From: a virus
Taxonomy: Duplodnaviria > Caudoviricetes
Strand: one strand, 5' to 3'
DNA length: 64,000 bases
IMG/VR virus record: IMGVR_UViG_3300037420_001376
Location: 8,329-72,328 of that record
Positions within the stretch are counted from its first letter, which is position 1. Every line of letters starts with the position of its first letter. Below, piece after piece: positions 11,101 to 19,119 of this stretch. The notes under the pieces are model-generated. The model was not told the DNA's origin and did no database searches. It saw only the letters and a program-made list of their open reading frames with translations. The position numbers were made by a program, and so were the translations under genes.

Positions 11101-12305
11101 CACTTCGGAATTAAACTGTCAATAGCATCTGCAACCGGTCGCAAAGATTTTGGAAGCTTGTAGTAAGCCTGCAGCGCTTTGATAGGATCGTCAGAAAATA
11201 CGTCTTTAAATTTATCTTTTAATCCAGCGAACACCGGGACCAGCGATGCAGCCACCGCGCCTATGCTGGCGAAGACTCCCGGCAGCACTAGCAGGCCGCC
11301 GCTCAACTGACGCACGCCGTCTGCTAAGCCCAGCAATAGGTTAGAGGTACCCGAGAGCGCTTTAGATAGAACTGATAAGGCTAAAGGTAAAGTTTGACTG
11401 ATAGTTAACGCCAAACCCTTAAGAATAGGTGTCGGGATTCTCTTCAAAAATTGGAATTTAGATATGATTCCATCGACGCCAGACTTAATTAAGGCAACAC
11501 CGGTAATGAATCCACGTGTTGCCTTGGCGAAATCAGCTATGGGCTGAAAACCTCTGTTGAAAGCATCAAAAGCCCTAGGTATTTTTTCTACAGTTCTGAA
11601 TACTCGCTCGGCACCTACTGCAAATCTCTCATTGGCTAAAATCATTTTACGAATAGGGCCAGTATTCGCAAATTGATTAACCCACTTGGTAATAATTCCA
11701 GTTCTAGATATACGACCTATTGCTAAACCTGCAGACCCAAGAACTGCTAATTTCGTGGCGAATCTATTAATATTTTGTGTCCATAGCGGCATGTCTCTAA
11801 CAGCTTCTTTAATACCCAAGAAGTTAGAGACATAACGCCTCAAAATATTATTATATACGCCTGCGCCAGACAGAGCTTTGTTAAAGCGAAGCAGTCCATT
11901 GGTTGGACCGTCAAACCTCACTTTCTGCATTAAATCTAAAACACGATACGCTCTATTTAATGGTTGATACCACGAGTTAGCGCGTTCAATAACAGATGAT
12001 AGTCTGTTAAAGTTATCGTATAAATCCCTAACGTCTCGTGAGAAACGAGTTACAGATTTATTGGCGGCAAAAACTCCGCTGGCAAATCCTCTGGTCGCCT
12101 TAGTTGTACGATCTATAGATTTAGCTGTGTGTTCAAAAGTATTGTCAGTTGACTTAAGCGTCTTTTCAATGCGTCCAAGACGCTTATTCATTTCATCAAA
12201 TTGACGAGAAAGCTTAACTAAGGTTTGTAGAAGTTTTCCTGAAGCCCTGTCTTCTAGGTCAATGCGAATAGAGCCATGAGCGGTACCTAAATTATCATTA
12301 GGCAT
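5124..12305 (-). CDS. Tape measure protein with C-terminal Rpf-like transglycosylase and Zn-peptidase-like motifs, 2393 aa
   Basis: Longest ORF; Ala/Gly-rich helical; follows tail assembly chaperones; N-terminal LGTAHGSIRID motif. Confidence 0.95.
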   Translation of the reverse strand: MPNDNLGTAHGSIRIDLEDRASGKLLQTLVKLSRQFDEMNKRLGRIEKTLKSTDNTFEHTAKSIDRTTKATRGFASGVFAANKSVTRFSRDVRDLYDNFNRLSSVIERANSWYQPLNRAYRVLDLMQKVRFDGPTNGLLRFNKALSGAGVYNNILRRYVSNFLGIKEAVRDMPLWTQNINRFATKLAVLGSAGLAIGRISRTGIITKWVNQFANTGPIRKMILANERFAVGAERVFRTVEKIPRAFDAFNRGFQPIADFAKATRGFITGVALIKSGVDGIISKFQFLKRIPTPILKGLALTISQTLPLALSVLSKALSGTSNLLLGLADGVRQLSGGLLVLPGVFASIGAVAASLVPVFAGLKDKFKDVFSDDPIKALQAYYKLPKSLRPVADAIDSLIPKWKELQESLRGTAFAGAADQIKALGQTYFPIWEGGATKVVAALRDAKDALVGFAQAGQTQKDVSTLFTNTAGTIETLAKAIRPALDGLRDIAAVGSSFIRDLSGGLPNLINQFAQWANVNRQNGNLLKWMQDARQGVKDLISGFTSLTKAVWSLLTVFRTNTGGDFLARFADSMERFNQSVQKSAAAGTLRDIGNAVREMSDPGGNRLQDFKDTFHDFVDMMKNVYTVIKSTADAFSAEFLPALQSLMQFISAMAELKHALGLDEVLGRLLGIIAAWKIFDHIAMVGINTIKTFVGVFLTLRNAGKIISGLDTALLKVLSVLDNFGPVGKKASQSISNVRTSLSGVISTLAGLAGPIAGVLLVVGAGWLAWDERNKTVKKGLDAINDSAAHIKQAGTDIRNAFIDDRGVAGHTVMDAITQSLDTMFSDLQAKSEAMPGIISHIGDVIRTNFTNDAGKSWSQELFGFLGGESNQLNAIQKSAADAQQALNNFKSAGVTQNELRVAISGSADAYNDLVKRLYDAGAGADQAKAQVDALRDQFNQAAQSAQELGTGGIQLAAGIDKIKNAAGDATTKLDGLKLVLQALGFLKTDALEAASNYADAIQNLSQKVSEAISSGDGLNNVWDNVNNKFNENTQTGRNLIGVFGELSQNFLTFASSGGNVDEMFAQLNAQLPDVAKQLGISVDQLREFIKNYEGIVPEPIKIAVQIEGKDQLTQALGTLLISLQAIANGGVAVPITFKDATPQSQADLERQIEAAIGQDVLDLHGTNLVLKPDVKLNPTSLQNLINTLNQHGIDTTNKKADPNTLPSITPNIKPPSTDEVSKAVSPVEEALAKLDVDAKSAADAIQGSADQFAEFLKMLADKKAPQALIDTLKQMRDQFENGGSQVKKLTDAIRDFSDQTIDADQRAQNFIKSLENLGKLPNDDALAKYQDDVEQAIGYQANLVDALDKTGAALVLQNGRIDQNSKNGRELSKTIRQLVQDSAALVATGDATPEEAYQHTSDVLKELLNQFNITDPNLQQQIINTYFPADAFQQGLKDAMSSADPRKTIEDIFHQDPAKLDSVLNLLSTNEDILNKIVGPDGKLHIPSVFDPNMPGVQPHGWWSNSGLPGTGPGAGAGLPLPAPQPLPPPTAPAAPNAAEIAGKLSDDQLTQIFASHPDIAQILGPYTEKAAEQGQSFSEAFAQGIKDGDPAVKRAIEELAELAGDGLGHSPAKYGPLSGRGWTLYRGKTFSKSWAQGITSEAGSVKGAVSGVAGEAAVATGSYDPQAGGMDNFLKQLKDLSSFGQHILDAFTSIADIAINVAQLANTFSGGRLAPKQYIPDPTADRRRGNRLAPFNPQGTPSNLRMPSGQPTAAGGQIPLVQKPDGTWTSSNPEWAKLIARESGGVANRKQEITDSNTGGNEASGLFQIAKGTWASNGGTKYAPTAGEATPQQQAEIATKIFLDQGVDPWGGRENEDLLRQGLLGATSASQAPGPVRPGVLHDTGGKVSQAASINAANLIEQLFPQISNIGGARPDSMPYHPEGRALDIMIPGGSTMGGANPQGKLLGDQIKAWALANADKLGLEDTIWQDFWQPPGGQGNSLGRASQGPTAGHFDHVHLTFKPGFQPDNLPPGALTSPTETAQNTPVEVKVVDQNGNPITTVPAGTTGVTEVRDQNGNLLTSIPPTASMSPNNSLSTTNDLLTDIDGNLAPLPQALQDIGVPDPRNIKSQDEAVTALQQIDSLIADQNNNNTPQSKAIIDSLGSMRSQIMGDYGLTEGPNAIDQASSVISNIAGVAGDIFKVVNSAIEAVGATKDITDTLIRYPSNTEDIFRMIDDFQKYIQLGADIAGAVSSIANAIGSAIPSAGGADFGGTSAAKAAVQGVAQIAGIIQSALETVNAVIDLGQEAYRIIGTYVGDFLGFLVGGQDSLRGNIKFLLDTQTNELLSYSQDNPLDKRTHEGVGGSRNTDSRNQLARDIYVFGGPGQDPRDNTRQMMLQIKMNQMTAPTGQ

Positions 12306-12322
12306 TCACAACCCCTTTCTAC

Positions 12323-12712
12323 CTAGAAGCCCTTCATAACAATGACTGAAGTGTCTTTTTCGCGAGACTGTTTTTTGCCGTCAGTGCCAACATCTAAATT
12401 GCCCTGGACATTTCCAGGATCGCGGTGTCGTTTAATGGGTACACCGAGATTCTTTTCCAAGGCAGCGAGGCGAGCAGCATTTGCAAGCCTGTCGGCAGCG
12501 ATTCCTGCTTTTCTGCCTTTTCTACTTCTGGCTTCTGCAGCATTCATATCACCTTCGACTTTTCTACCGAAGTAGAAAACACCCCTATTGAGATAAAACC
12601 CCTTCGGTGTCCTATGGTCGTAACTCGGCCACAGGTCCGTCGGCAGACAGTGATATTCCCTGCACATCTGCCACGTTTCCCACACCAGTCTCTTGTTCTT
12701 GGCGAAAGTCAC
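12323..12712 (-). CDS. Tail assembly chaperone, downstream (T-like) frameshift segment
   Basis: Overlaps the end of the G-like ORF in the +1 frame; lies just before tape measure. Confidence 0.8.
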   Translation of the reverse strand: MTFAKNKRLVWETWQMCREYHCLPTDLWPSYDHRTPKGFYLNRGVFYFGRKVEGDMNAAEARSRKGRKAGIAADRLANAARLAALEKNLGVPIKRHRDPGNVQGNLDVGTDGKKQSREKDTSVIVMKGF

Positions 12713-13184
12713 TCAGCCCTTCCGTTTCAAAAATCACGGAGAATAACTCCATACGATCTTCAAAAGAAATGGCATCGACGTAGAATAAGCCTTTTTGTCG
12801 AGCATTTTCATGCTCTGGCTTTTCATAAATCTTCGGCTCAACAATGCCCTTCTGCACAATTTTGTTAATCATGATTTCCATTTTGGCAAAATTGGCAGCT
12901 TTTTTAATGGCATTTTCTAGGGCCTTAGCCGCGTTTGCCTCACCGTCTTTATCAGCGGGGGCATCTGATGACATTAGTGCTCTGGACATAAAATCCATTT
13001 CCTCGGCCAAGCCAAGTTTTAGCACATCTGCCATATCTAGGCGAACAATTCTAACGATCTGATTGTCGCCATCGTAGGCTTCTACTTGCTCTTCGGTAAT
13101 AACGCCTTTTCCTACCAAGTAGTAAAAGGGTACCTTAAAGTCTTTATTCATCTCCCACTTGCGAGAGATTTTTAATTCAACCAT
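12612..13184 (-). CDS. Tail assembly chaperone (G-like), 190 aa
   Basis: Between major tail and tape measure; AGGAG RBS upstream of ATG 13184. Confidence 0.85.
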   Translation of the reverse strand: MVELKISRKWEMNKDFKVPFYYLVGKGVITEEQVEAYDGDNQIVRIVRLDMADVLKLGLAEEMDFMSRALMSSDAPADKDGEANAAKALENAIKKAANFAKMEIMINKIVQKGIVEPKIYEKPEHENARQKGLFYVDAISFEDRMELFSVIFETEGLSDFRQEQETGVGNVADVQGISLSADGPVAELRP

Positions 13185-13229
13185 CCTGCGCTCCTAGGCG
13201 TCCTTTTGGATTATATTTAATTGGGAGTT

Positions 13230-13279
13230 CCCCGACGCACAGTAACCTTACGGGGGGCGAAAGTTACTGTGCGCCGGGG
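13230..13279 (-). terminator. Strong hairpin after major tail gene (no U-tract)
   Basis: CCCCG-A-CGCACAGTAAC / GTTACTGTGCG-C-CGGGG inverted repeat in the intergenic gap. Confidence 0.6.
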
Positions 13280-13289
13280 TAGCTTAGAA

Positions 13290-14132
13290 TTACGAAGTGG
13301 TAACCGTAATCGGCGGGCAAGGATCAGACTGTTCCGAATCAATAATTGTAGAGACTCGGAATTTATACTGAGTTCCTGTAGTAAGAGAAGCTGCCGTGCC
13401 ATTTGCCACAGTGGGATTGGTCATTGCCGAAGTCCACGTAGTAAACGGAGAAACAGATTTCTCAACTAAATAAGCGTCTGCACCAACAACCGGGCTCCAC
13501 GATAAAGCAACAGAAGTTGAGGTAACTGTACCTGCAGCTAAATTAAGTGGAGAGGGAATCGGGTTGGGATCAGGCGTTAAAGTAAGAGCCTCTGTAGTTT
13601 CACGACGGAAAATCGAATACAGAAGATCATTGGTGTCATCCAATAACGGATAACCAACGCCAGTCACAGACGACGTTTGGAATTCGCCATCCGTAAAGTT
13701 AGCAGTAATATCACCGTTCGCTCGGCAACGATAAATGCGAACCAGAACGTCGCCACCAGAATCAGAAATAATCTTGCCATCAATACGGAACCAGGGGCGT
13801 GCCTGAGTAGCCTTTTTCTGAAGTTCAATTTCACGATTCGGCTCAAGTCCGCGCTCAATGACAGAACCACCGGTAAACACCGCCCATGCAGCAATTGGTA
13901 AACCACCGGATTCCAAATCCCAGTTCACCATAGAACCGCGACCACGAGTAGTGATGAGCTTGTCATCGCCTCGCAGTTCTGCGAATTCCTCAGCCTCAGT
14001 AAAGTTTAAAGTCTGAATGTAGGGAAGATCGACAGAAGCTGTTCCCAAAACCATTCCAAGAGCATCAGTGTACTGCGTGAGTTTTACGTCACGCACGCCA
14101 TAAGGTAAACCGTCAGTGACCGGTGCAGACAT
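13290..14132 (-). CDS. Major tail protein with C-terminal fibronectin type III domain, 280 aa
   Basis: LPYGVRDVKL and LRGDD motifs; C-terminal P.NL....TSTSVALSW...Y...L..GTQYKFRV FN3 pattern. Confidence 0.9.
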   Translation of the reverse strand: MSAPVTDGLPYGVRDVKLTQYTDALGMVLGTASVDLPYIQTLNFTEAEEFAELRGDDKLITTRGRGSMVNWDLESGGLPIAAWAVFTGGSVIERGLEPNREIELQKKATQARPWFRIDGKIISDSGGDVLVRIYRCRANGDITANFTDGEFQTSSVTGVGYPLLDDTNDLLYSIFRRETTEALTLTPDPNPIPSPLNLAAGTVTSTSVALSWSPVVGADAYLVEKSVSPFTTWTSAMTNPTVANGTAASLTTGTQYKFRVSTIIDSEQSDPCPPITVTTS

Positions 14133-14144
14133 ATTATATTCTCC

Positions 14145-14363
14145 CTATATTTTTGGTTGCTTATGAAATTTTGTGTCGAAGGGGTAGATACAACCATCTT
14201 CACTTGTTTTCTCAAGATTAAAGTAATGCTCTGCAACAGGTGGTGTTTGACCCTCTGGTACTTCTGGTTTACACAACTTACTGTTGCATCGAATTACTAA
14301 AATCCCTATTGAGTTGTCACTAACTACACCATGAAGGCGAAATCCACACCGAATTTCTGGCAT
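14145..14363 (-). CDS. Small zinc-ribbon (Com-like) protein, 72 aa
   Basis: EIRC...LHG...RCxSxLC...HYF pattern; directly upstream of major tail gene. Confidence 0.6.
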   Translation of the reverse strand: MPEIRCGFRLHGVVSDNSIGILVIRCNSKLCKPEVPEGQTPPVAEHYFNLEKTSEDGCIYPFDTKFHKQPKI

Positions 14364-14366
14364 GGT

Positions 14367-14744
14367 TTATTCTTCGTTTACATACTCGAAACTAGTGGGG
14401 TAATTCTTGGTCAGGAATTCAGCAACATCGGAGGGAACCTGACCATTTCCATCACCGACAACCAAGGTGCCATATTCACGCTTGGTATCAAATTTCAAAG
14501 TATGTTTTAACTCAGGACCACCGGCTGTAGAAACATCAACAGGGCGAACCTCAATTAAAGTTCCACGGTCACCGGATTTAGTAATTACTGCCGGAATTCC
14601 ACGAACTCGTTTTCCACTTAATTTCGGCGATGCAGCGCGCGGAGACACGTCTGCGGGGTCCACAATGTTGCCAGAGCCGTCCTCGGTAGCGGCTCCACGC
14701 AGCTTGGGGGCAGCCTCGGTGCTCGGTCGATCAGTAGCCATCAT
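14367..14744 (-). CDS. Hypothetical protein in head-tail module, 125 aa
   Basis: Fills gap in the co-directional operon; GC-richer codons. Confidence 0.65.
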   Translation of the reverse strand: MMATDRPSTEAAPKLRGAATEDGSGNIVDPADVSPRAASPKLSGKRVRGIPAVITKSGDRGTLIEVRPVDVSTAGGPELKHTLKFDTKREYGTLVVGDGNGQVPSDVAEFLTKNYPTSFEYVNEE

Positions 14745-14774
14745 TCCTCCTGGTCAGGTACCTATTCTAAGTGA

Positions 14775-15212
14775 TTACGCGGCAAATTCGTCGTACAACA
14801 CGCCGTAGACAGTGGTGGCAGTTATCGTCTGCCAACCCTCATCATGGGCGGGTCTAGAACGTCCTCGCCGTTTTACTTCAGTAATTCTTATTCCATCTGT
14901 TCCTTTTACCTGTTCTATTGGTAAAAGAATTTCATCCACCCTATTCAGAATGGAAATCAGTGTTGAGATATCTCTATCGATTTCCCAAGGATGATGAACA
15001 GCTATAGTTAAAATACGCGGGCCTTTAGCCAACGCACTAACTGCGCTCATCGACATTTCTTCAAAAGTAATTGAAAGCCAATATCCATCTGTAGGACGCG
15101 GTAAAAGAGGTGTCCCCCATGAATAAGATTCGGCGATTCGAGTACCGCTGCCCAGCAGAGTAGTTAATTGAGAATCAGCATTAAGCAACTGAGGGATAGC
15201 ATTTGGCATCAT
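14775..15212 (-). CDS. Tail terminator-like protein, 145 aa
   Basis: Synteny (after neck gene) and size. Confidence 0.6.
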   Translation of the reverse strand: MMPNAIPQLLNADSQLTTLLGSGTRIAESYSWGTPLLPRPTDGYWLSITFEEMSMSAVSALAKGPRILTIAVHHPWEIDRDISTLISILNRVDEILLPIEQVKGTDGIRITEVKRRGRSRPAHDEGWQTITATTVYGVLYDEFAA

Positions 15213-15586
15213 CTGTCAAAATCCCTCCTACTCATTTCATTGAGCATATATCGCATATCAGCCAATAATGCTTCGCCAGCAATTCTCATCATGGGCGTAA
15301 TGATGGCGTATTTTCTGTCGTGGGCAACTTCCAACCAAATGCCATACGTGACGCTATACGCCATAAATATTTCTTCATACGTGCGTCCATGAATGGGAAT
15401 TGCGACAAGACCAGAACGAGCCGCGCCGGTACGGTCAGTCCACCGCGCTTGTGTTTTAAGATCAGTTGTTGTAATTGCTGCACGACGATCAGTAATAACG
15501 GAAAGATTGCGACGAACATTGCGATTAAAATTGCGAACGTTCCTGCGTAATTGTTTATCATCAAACTTTGCCGTTATTTTCGCCAT
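15209..15586 (-). CDS. Neck / HK97 gp10-like protein, 125 aa
   Basis: ARWTDRTGAARSGL and YGIWLEV motifs common in actinophage neck genes. Confidence 0.75.
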   Translation of the reverse strand: MAKITAKFDDKQLRRNVRNFNRNVRRNLSVITDRRAAITTTDLKTQARWTDRTGAARSGLVAIPIHGRTYEEIFMAYSVTYGIWLEVAHDRKYAIITPMMRIAGEALLADMRYMLNEMSRRDFDR

Positions 15587-15795
15587 ATCGTCTGTAACTC
15601 ACGGTTCTCGTCCATAATAATTCCGCACTTTAAATCGCGAAAACAGGAACCACAAATACGGCCTTTACCCGCCACGAAGACGCCAGCTAGTCCGACTTCG
15701 CGCTCACAATGAGGATTGACACAAATATCATCTTTTTCGGGATGCTCGTCTAAATCCTCAAGTGTTGCCGGGATTCGAGCCATGGGATACTCCAC
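15574..15795 (-). CDS. Small Cys-rich hypothetical protein
   Basis: CVNPHC...CGSC putative Zn site; true start may be downstream (MARIPA). Confidence 0.5.
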   Translation of the reverse strand: MEYPMARIPATLEDLDEHPEKDDICVNPHCEREVGLAGVFVAGKGRICGSCFRDLKCGIIMDENRELQTIWRK

Positions 15796-16141
15796 CGGCT
15801 TTTACCTCATAATCGTTGTAGGGATAAATGTAGGTAATAACGTATTTATTGTCGCCTATGGAAAACGTATCTCCAATTTCGACGGTTGCATCGTGGACTC
15901 CGAGCAAAATAAAATCGAATCGTCTTGCGCCATCTGGTGTTTCTCTAAAAATTCCTGACTGCTCGCCCCAGATAAGTTTGAATTGTTGAGGCTCTCTAGA
16001 AAATCCTGCTCCCGATACGACGGTGCCATCAACTACACTCCCACCTTGAGTTTTTAAAACAATCGTTGTTGGATCAGCATTAATAAACCGTAAAGTGTTT
16101 TTACGGTGAATGTTTTTCTCTAAGGTAGAGGAAAGCGCCAT
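15758..16141 (-). CDS. Head-to-tail stopper-like protein, 127 aa
   Basis: FINADPTTIVL...DATVEIGDTF pattern; synteny. Confidence 0.65.
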   Translation of the reverse strand: MALSSTLEKNIHRKNTLRFINADPTTIVLKTQGGSVVDGTVVSGAGFSREPQQFKLIWGEQSGIFRETPDGARRFDFILLGVHDATVEIGDTFSIGDNKYVITYIYPYNDYEVKAGGVSHGSNPGNT

Positions 16142-16468
16142 TTACACTCGATTCGCTGTGTAAATGCGTGCAGATTCTTTAGCGACTACACCGCCTGCTA
16201 AATCTTCGTCTTTAACAGCTTGGGTCCATACGTCAATTAACTGTTTGATATTGTCAAAGAATCGGCTAGTCCTGGACGACCCTGATTCTGAAATGTCTTC
16301 AAAGCTCGACGCTTTCGCCGATATTCCTCGTAAGACAGCCAGAATAGTGCGAGATTGGCTAAGACCCGAATCAAGTAAATTACCAATTGCCGTTGAGTCA
16401 TATCCAAGTTCTTCGGCTTCATCAGGTAACTGCAGCTTTACCGCATTTATTGCTGTATCGCTTGCCAT
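16142..16468 (-). CDS. Head-to-tail adaptor-like protein, 108 aa
   Basis: DISESGSSR motif; synteny after capsid. Confidence 0.65.
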   Translation of the reverse strand: MASDTAINAVKLQLPDEAEELGYDSTAIGNLLDSGLSQSRTILAVLRGISAKASSFEDISESGSSRTSRFFDNIKQLIDVWTQAVKDEDLAGGVVAKESARIYTANRV

Positions 16469-17035
16469 TTAGCTCTCGCTTAAATTGATTTCCTCACCGG
16501 CATCGCGTTTATCCTGCAAAGCAACAGCTAGGCGTTCTTGTAATTTTGCTTTATCGTCGTCAGAAGAGTATTCAACTCCCTCTTCATCTAAGCGAGCCTT
16601 AAGCTTATCTTTTGTCTGCGACCGAGCTAAAACGAATTCGGCAATATCTTCATCGATATCATCACCATCATCACTGCGGCCATAATCAGGATCACGCTGA
16701 GCGCTTAAATCAGAACCAGAATGATGCAAACCCATTCCCACGGGTTCAACAATTACGCCATTATCCCGATCATAAACTCGCCCAGTATCCTTATCTAAAA
16801 CTGTACCGGGAAGTGGAGCACCACCTACGTCATAAACCGCCTTGTCACGAACGTCTGAATCGTAGAAAGAATTAACGGAAGGCTGTCCTGCCTCTTCCCC
16901 AGGGGCAGGCGTAGCATTTCCATCAACACCAAAACGACGTTCGTTTGCGGGAATTAAATATCCTCGACCGCGAGAGATAAGATATTCTTTATCTTCTGCG
17001 CTAAGCGGTGAATCTAAGTCAACCTTGCGGCCCAT
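16469..17035 (-). CDS. Acidic hypothetical protein with C-terminal HeH-like motif, 188 aa
   Basis: TKDKLKARLDEEGVEYSSDDDKAKLQERL resembles a HeH/LEM-like bihelical motif; first gene after capsid. Confidence 0.65.
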   Translation of the reverse strand: MGRKVDLDSPLSAEDKEYLISRGRGYLIPANERRFGVDGNATPAPGEEAGQPSVNSFYDSDVRDKAVYDVGGAPLPGTVLDKDTGRVYDRDNGVIVEPVGMGLHHSGSDLSAQRDPDYGRSDDGDDIDEDIAEFVLARSQTKDKLKARLDEEGVEYSSDDDKAKLQERLAVALQDKRDAGEEINLSES

Positions 17036-17050
17036 GATTTCTCCTTTTGG

Positions 17051-17098
17051 TCGGGGGAGTCGGTCACCCGGAATAGTTTATTTTCCCGACTCCCCCGA
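17051..17098 (-). terminator. 13-bp perfect hairpin after major capsid gene
   Basis: TCGGGGGAGTCGG (17051-17063) / CCGACTCCCCCGA (17086-17098). Confidence 0.65.
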
Positions 17099-17106
17099 AG
17101 CTTTAA

Positions 17107-18321
17107 TTAACCTGCAAGGAATCCGGTGCCACGCTTGTACTGCGTGGGAATATCGTAAGTACCAGAAGCTTTAATCTGCATAATTGCAGCACCGCCGCGC
17201 TGACGAATACCCGAACCAAAGCTGCGGGCATAAAAACCGTCAACGAGAGGATAGCGCTGGTAGTTACCAGGAATAATGCGAAGACCCTGCATTGCCGGAT
17301 TGGCGTGCTGGCGTAAACCAATCGGGTTACCGAGATTAAATCGGCCACCATAACCAATACCAACAAGATAACCGGGAGGAATATAATCCTCTTCAACAAT
17401 ATTCCAGAAACCGTACGAGCCGATTACCGCTAATCCACCAAAAGTAGGTGCAGGCTGATTTCCTAATAAACCTTCGGCATTAGGCAGCATCATTGCTGGC
17501 TGAGTGGGCGAAGGAATAAAGTCATATCCTGCAGTCTGACCATTGTTATTCACAACACCACGACGGAACTGGCGAATAACGTCTGTCTCTGCTTTATTTG
17601 CCAAAAGCAAGAAACTGGTTCCGGCCTGCGGTGAATAACCATGCTCTGCAATAAGCTCCATTAAATCTTCAACATCAGAAGAGTCAACGGTGCTATTGCC
17701 AGAAACAACGTAATGGCTGTGATTTTCGGTAAAGGTGTTGTTCTTAAAGCGTGGCGGTGCAACACCCTCACCGTTATACAGCGGGTAAACGTTGTACGCC
17801 TGGTTACGAATATTGGCCCGACGAGTACGATTGTCAAAAAGGGCTTCCATAACCTTTTTGAAAATAAGTCGCTTATCGGCCCAGAGAATGCTTTCGTGAA
17901 TTGCCTCAACCTGGCGGGCGTCGGCTTCAGCTAAAAACATCCATGTATAGGCAGTACGCTTGTCGTAGTGACGTAAATCGTAGCCCATTTGGAAAACTTC
18001 AATCGGCAAACCACTACCACGAGGAATGCCCATTTCGGTGGCTTCCTCGAACGTGGTTTCGCCAATTTGCACCACAGGCTCAACCGGTGTAGTAACCGGA
18101 TAAGTCAAAAGTGCAATTAGGTCATCCATTGCCTCATTGTAAATCGCAATGGATTCTGCGAAAGAATTCCACAGAGCATTTAAATCAATACCGTCAGCGG
18201 TAACCGTAACCAAATCGCCTTGGGTAAGAATACCTTCTTGGCGAACCGGTGCAGTACCACCGAAAATAGGACCAACGGGAATGCCCTTGACGAACAATCC
18301 GTTTTTCTTATATGCCATCAT
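17107..18321 (-). CDS. Major capsid protein (about 404 aa; ORF track extends to 18372)
   Basis: DGIDLNALW and FEEATEMGIP motifs; GAAGGGA RBS before ATGATG at 18321/18318; followed by hairpin. Confidence 0.88.
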   Translation of the reverse strand: MMAYKKNGLFVKGIPVGPIFGGTAPVRQEGILTQGDLVTVTADGIDLNALWNSFAESIAIYNEAMDDLIALLTYPVTTPVEPVVQIGETTFEEATEMGIPRGSGLPIEVFQMGYDLRHYDKRTAYTWMFLAEADARQVEAIHESILWADKRLIFKKVMEALFDNRTRRANIRNQAYNVYPLYNGEGVAPPRFKNNTFTENHSHYVVSGNSTVDSSDVEDLMELIAEHGYSPQAGTSFLLLANKAETDVIRQFRRGVVNNNGQTAGYDFIPSPTQPAMMLPNAEGLLGNQPAPTFGGLAVIGSYGFWNIVEEDYIPPGYLVGIGYGGRFNLGNPIGLRQHANPAMQGLRIIPGNYQRYPLVDGFYARSFGSGIRQRGGAAIMQIKASGTYDIPTQYKRGTGFLAG

Positions 18322-18349
18322 GGCATTCCCTTCCAATCTGACTTTAAAA

Positions 18350-19042
18350 TTACGGAGTCGCGTCAAGAACATTAACGATTAAACGATCTTTTTCTGCGGT
18401 ATGTCCAACATAAACACCGTCAGAACCCTTTGTTGCGGTAACGGAACCGTCAGCATGTGCGTAATAATTCTGACCTGCAACCGGAGTGGTTGCACCAGCG
18501 GTTACCGTTGCACCGGTTCCTGCAGCTAAAGTAAATCCATCGGCCACTTGCGCCGAAAAATTAGGTGCAGTTCCAGTAACAGTGACATCGGCATCAACCA
18601 TATTGTCGTCAACGGCAACAATTGCTGCCTCAACAGCAGTATTAGTTGCGTTAAACGCAATATTGCCGGTAACTTTTCCGTTTACCGTTAAAGTGAAGCT
18701 GCCAGAACCAACGGTTACAACAATCGCGTAAGTACCGTCAGCTGGATTTGCAACAAAGTTAACGATTTCACCATGTTTGCCAACGTCACATGGATCACCA
18801 GATTGGTTATTAATTCCACCGTCTAAAAGGTTTCCATGAATATCTGCGCCAACCGGCACAATCATTAAACCTTTAATTCCGGTTTGACCACTTCCGATTA
18901 CAACTGCACCATCAGAATTTAATCCGACACCGAGAACCACATTGGCTTCAGTATCTAAATCAATATCTTCGGCCAGAACACCACGAAAGTTGCCCATGTA
19001 GCCGTCGTATTTATCCCAACGCGGCTTAGTCGCCAGAGCCAT
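18350..19042 (-). CDS. Capsid decoration-like protein with inserted beta-rich domain, 230 aa
   Basis: Between scaffold and capsid; RWDKYDG...FRG N-terminus; internal GSFTLTVNGKVTGNIAFNATNTAVEAAI segment. Confidence 0.6.
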   Translation of the reverse strand: MALATKPRWDKYDGYMGNFRGVLAEDIDLDTEANVVLGVGLNSDGAVVIGSGQTGIKGLMIVPVGADIHGNLLDGGINNQSGDPCDVGKHGEIVNFVANPADGTYAIVVTVGSGSFTLTVNGKVTGNIAFNATNTAVEAAIVAVDDNMVDADVTVTGTAPNFSAQVADGFTLAAGTGATVTAGATTPVAGQNYYAHADGSVTATKGSDGVYVGHTAEKDRLIVNVLDATP

Positions 19043-19119
19043 GTGAATCCTCCATTAGAGTTGTTCGGCAGCAATAGTATCAATCTTGTGTCCTGAAACT
19101 CGGGAGGACACGCGGCGTG

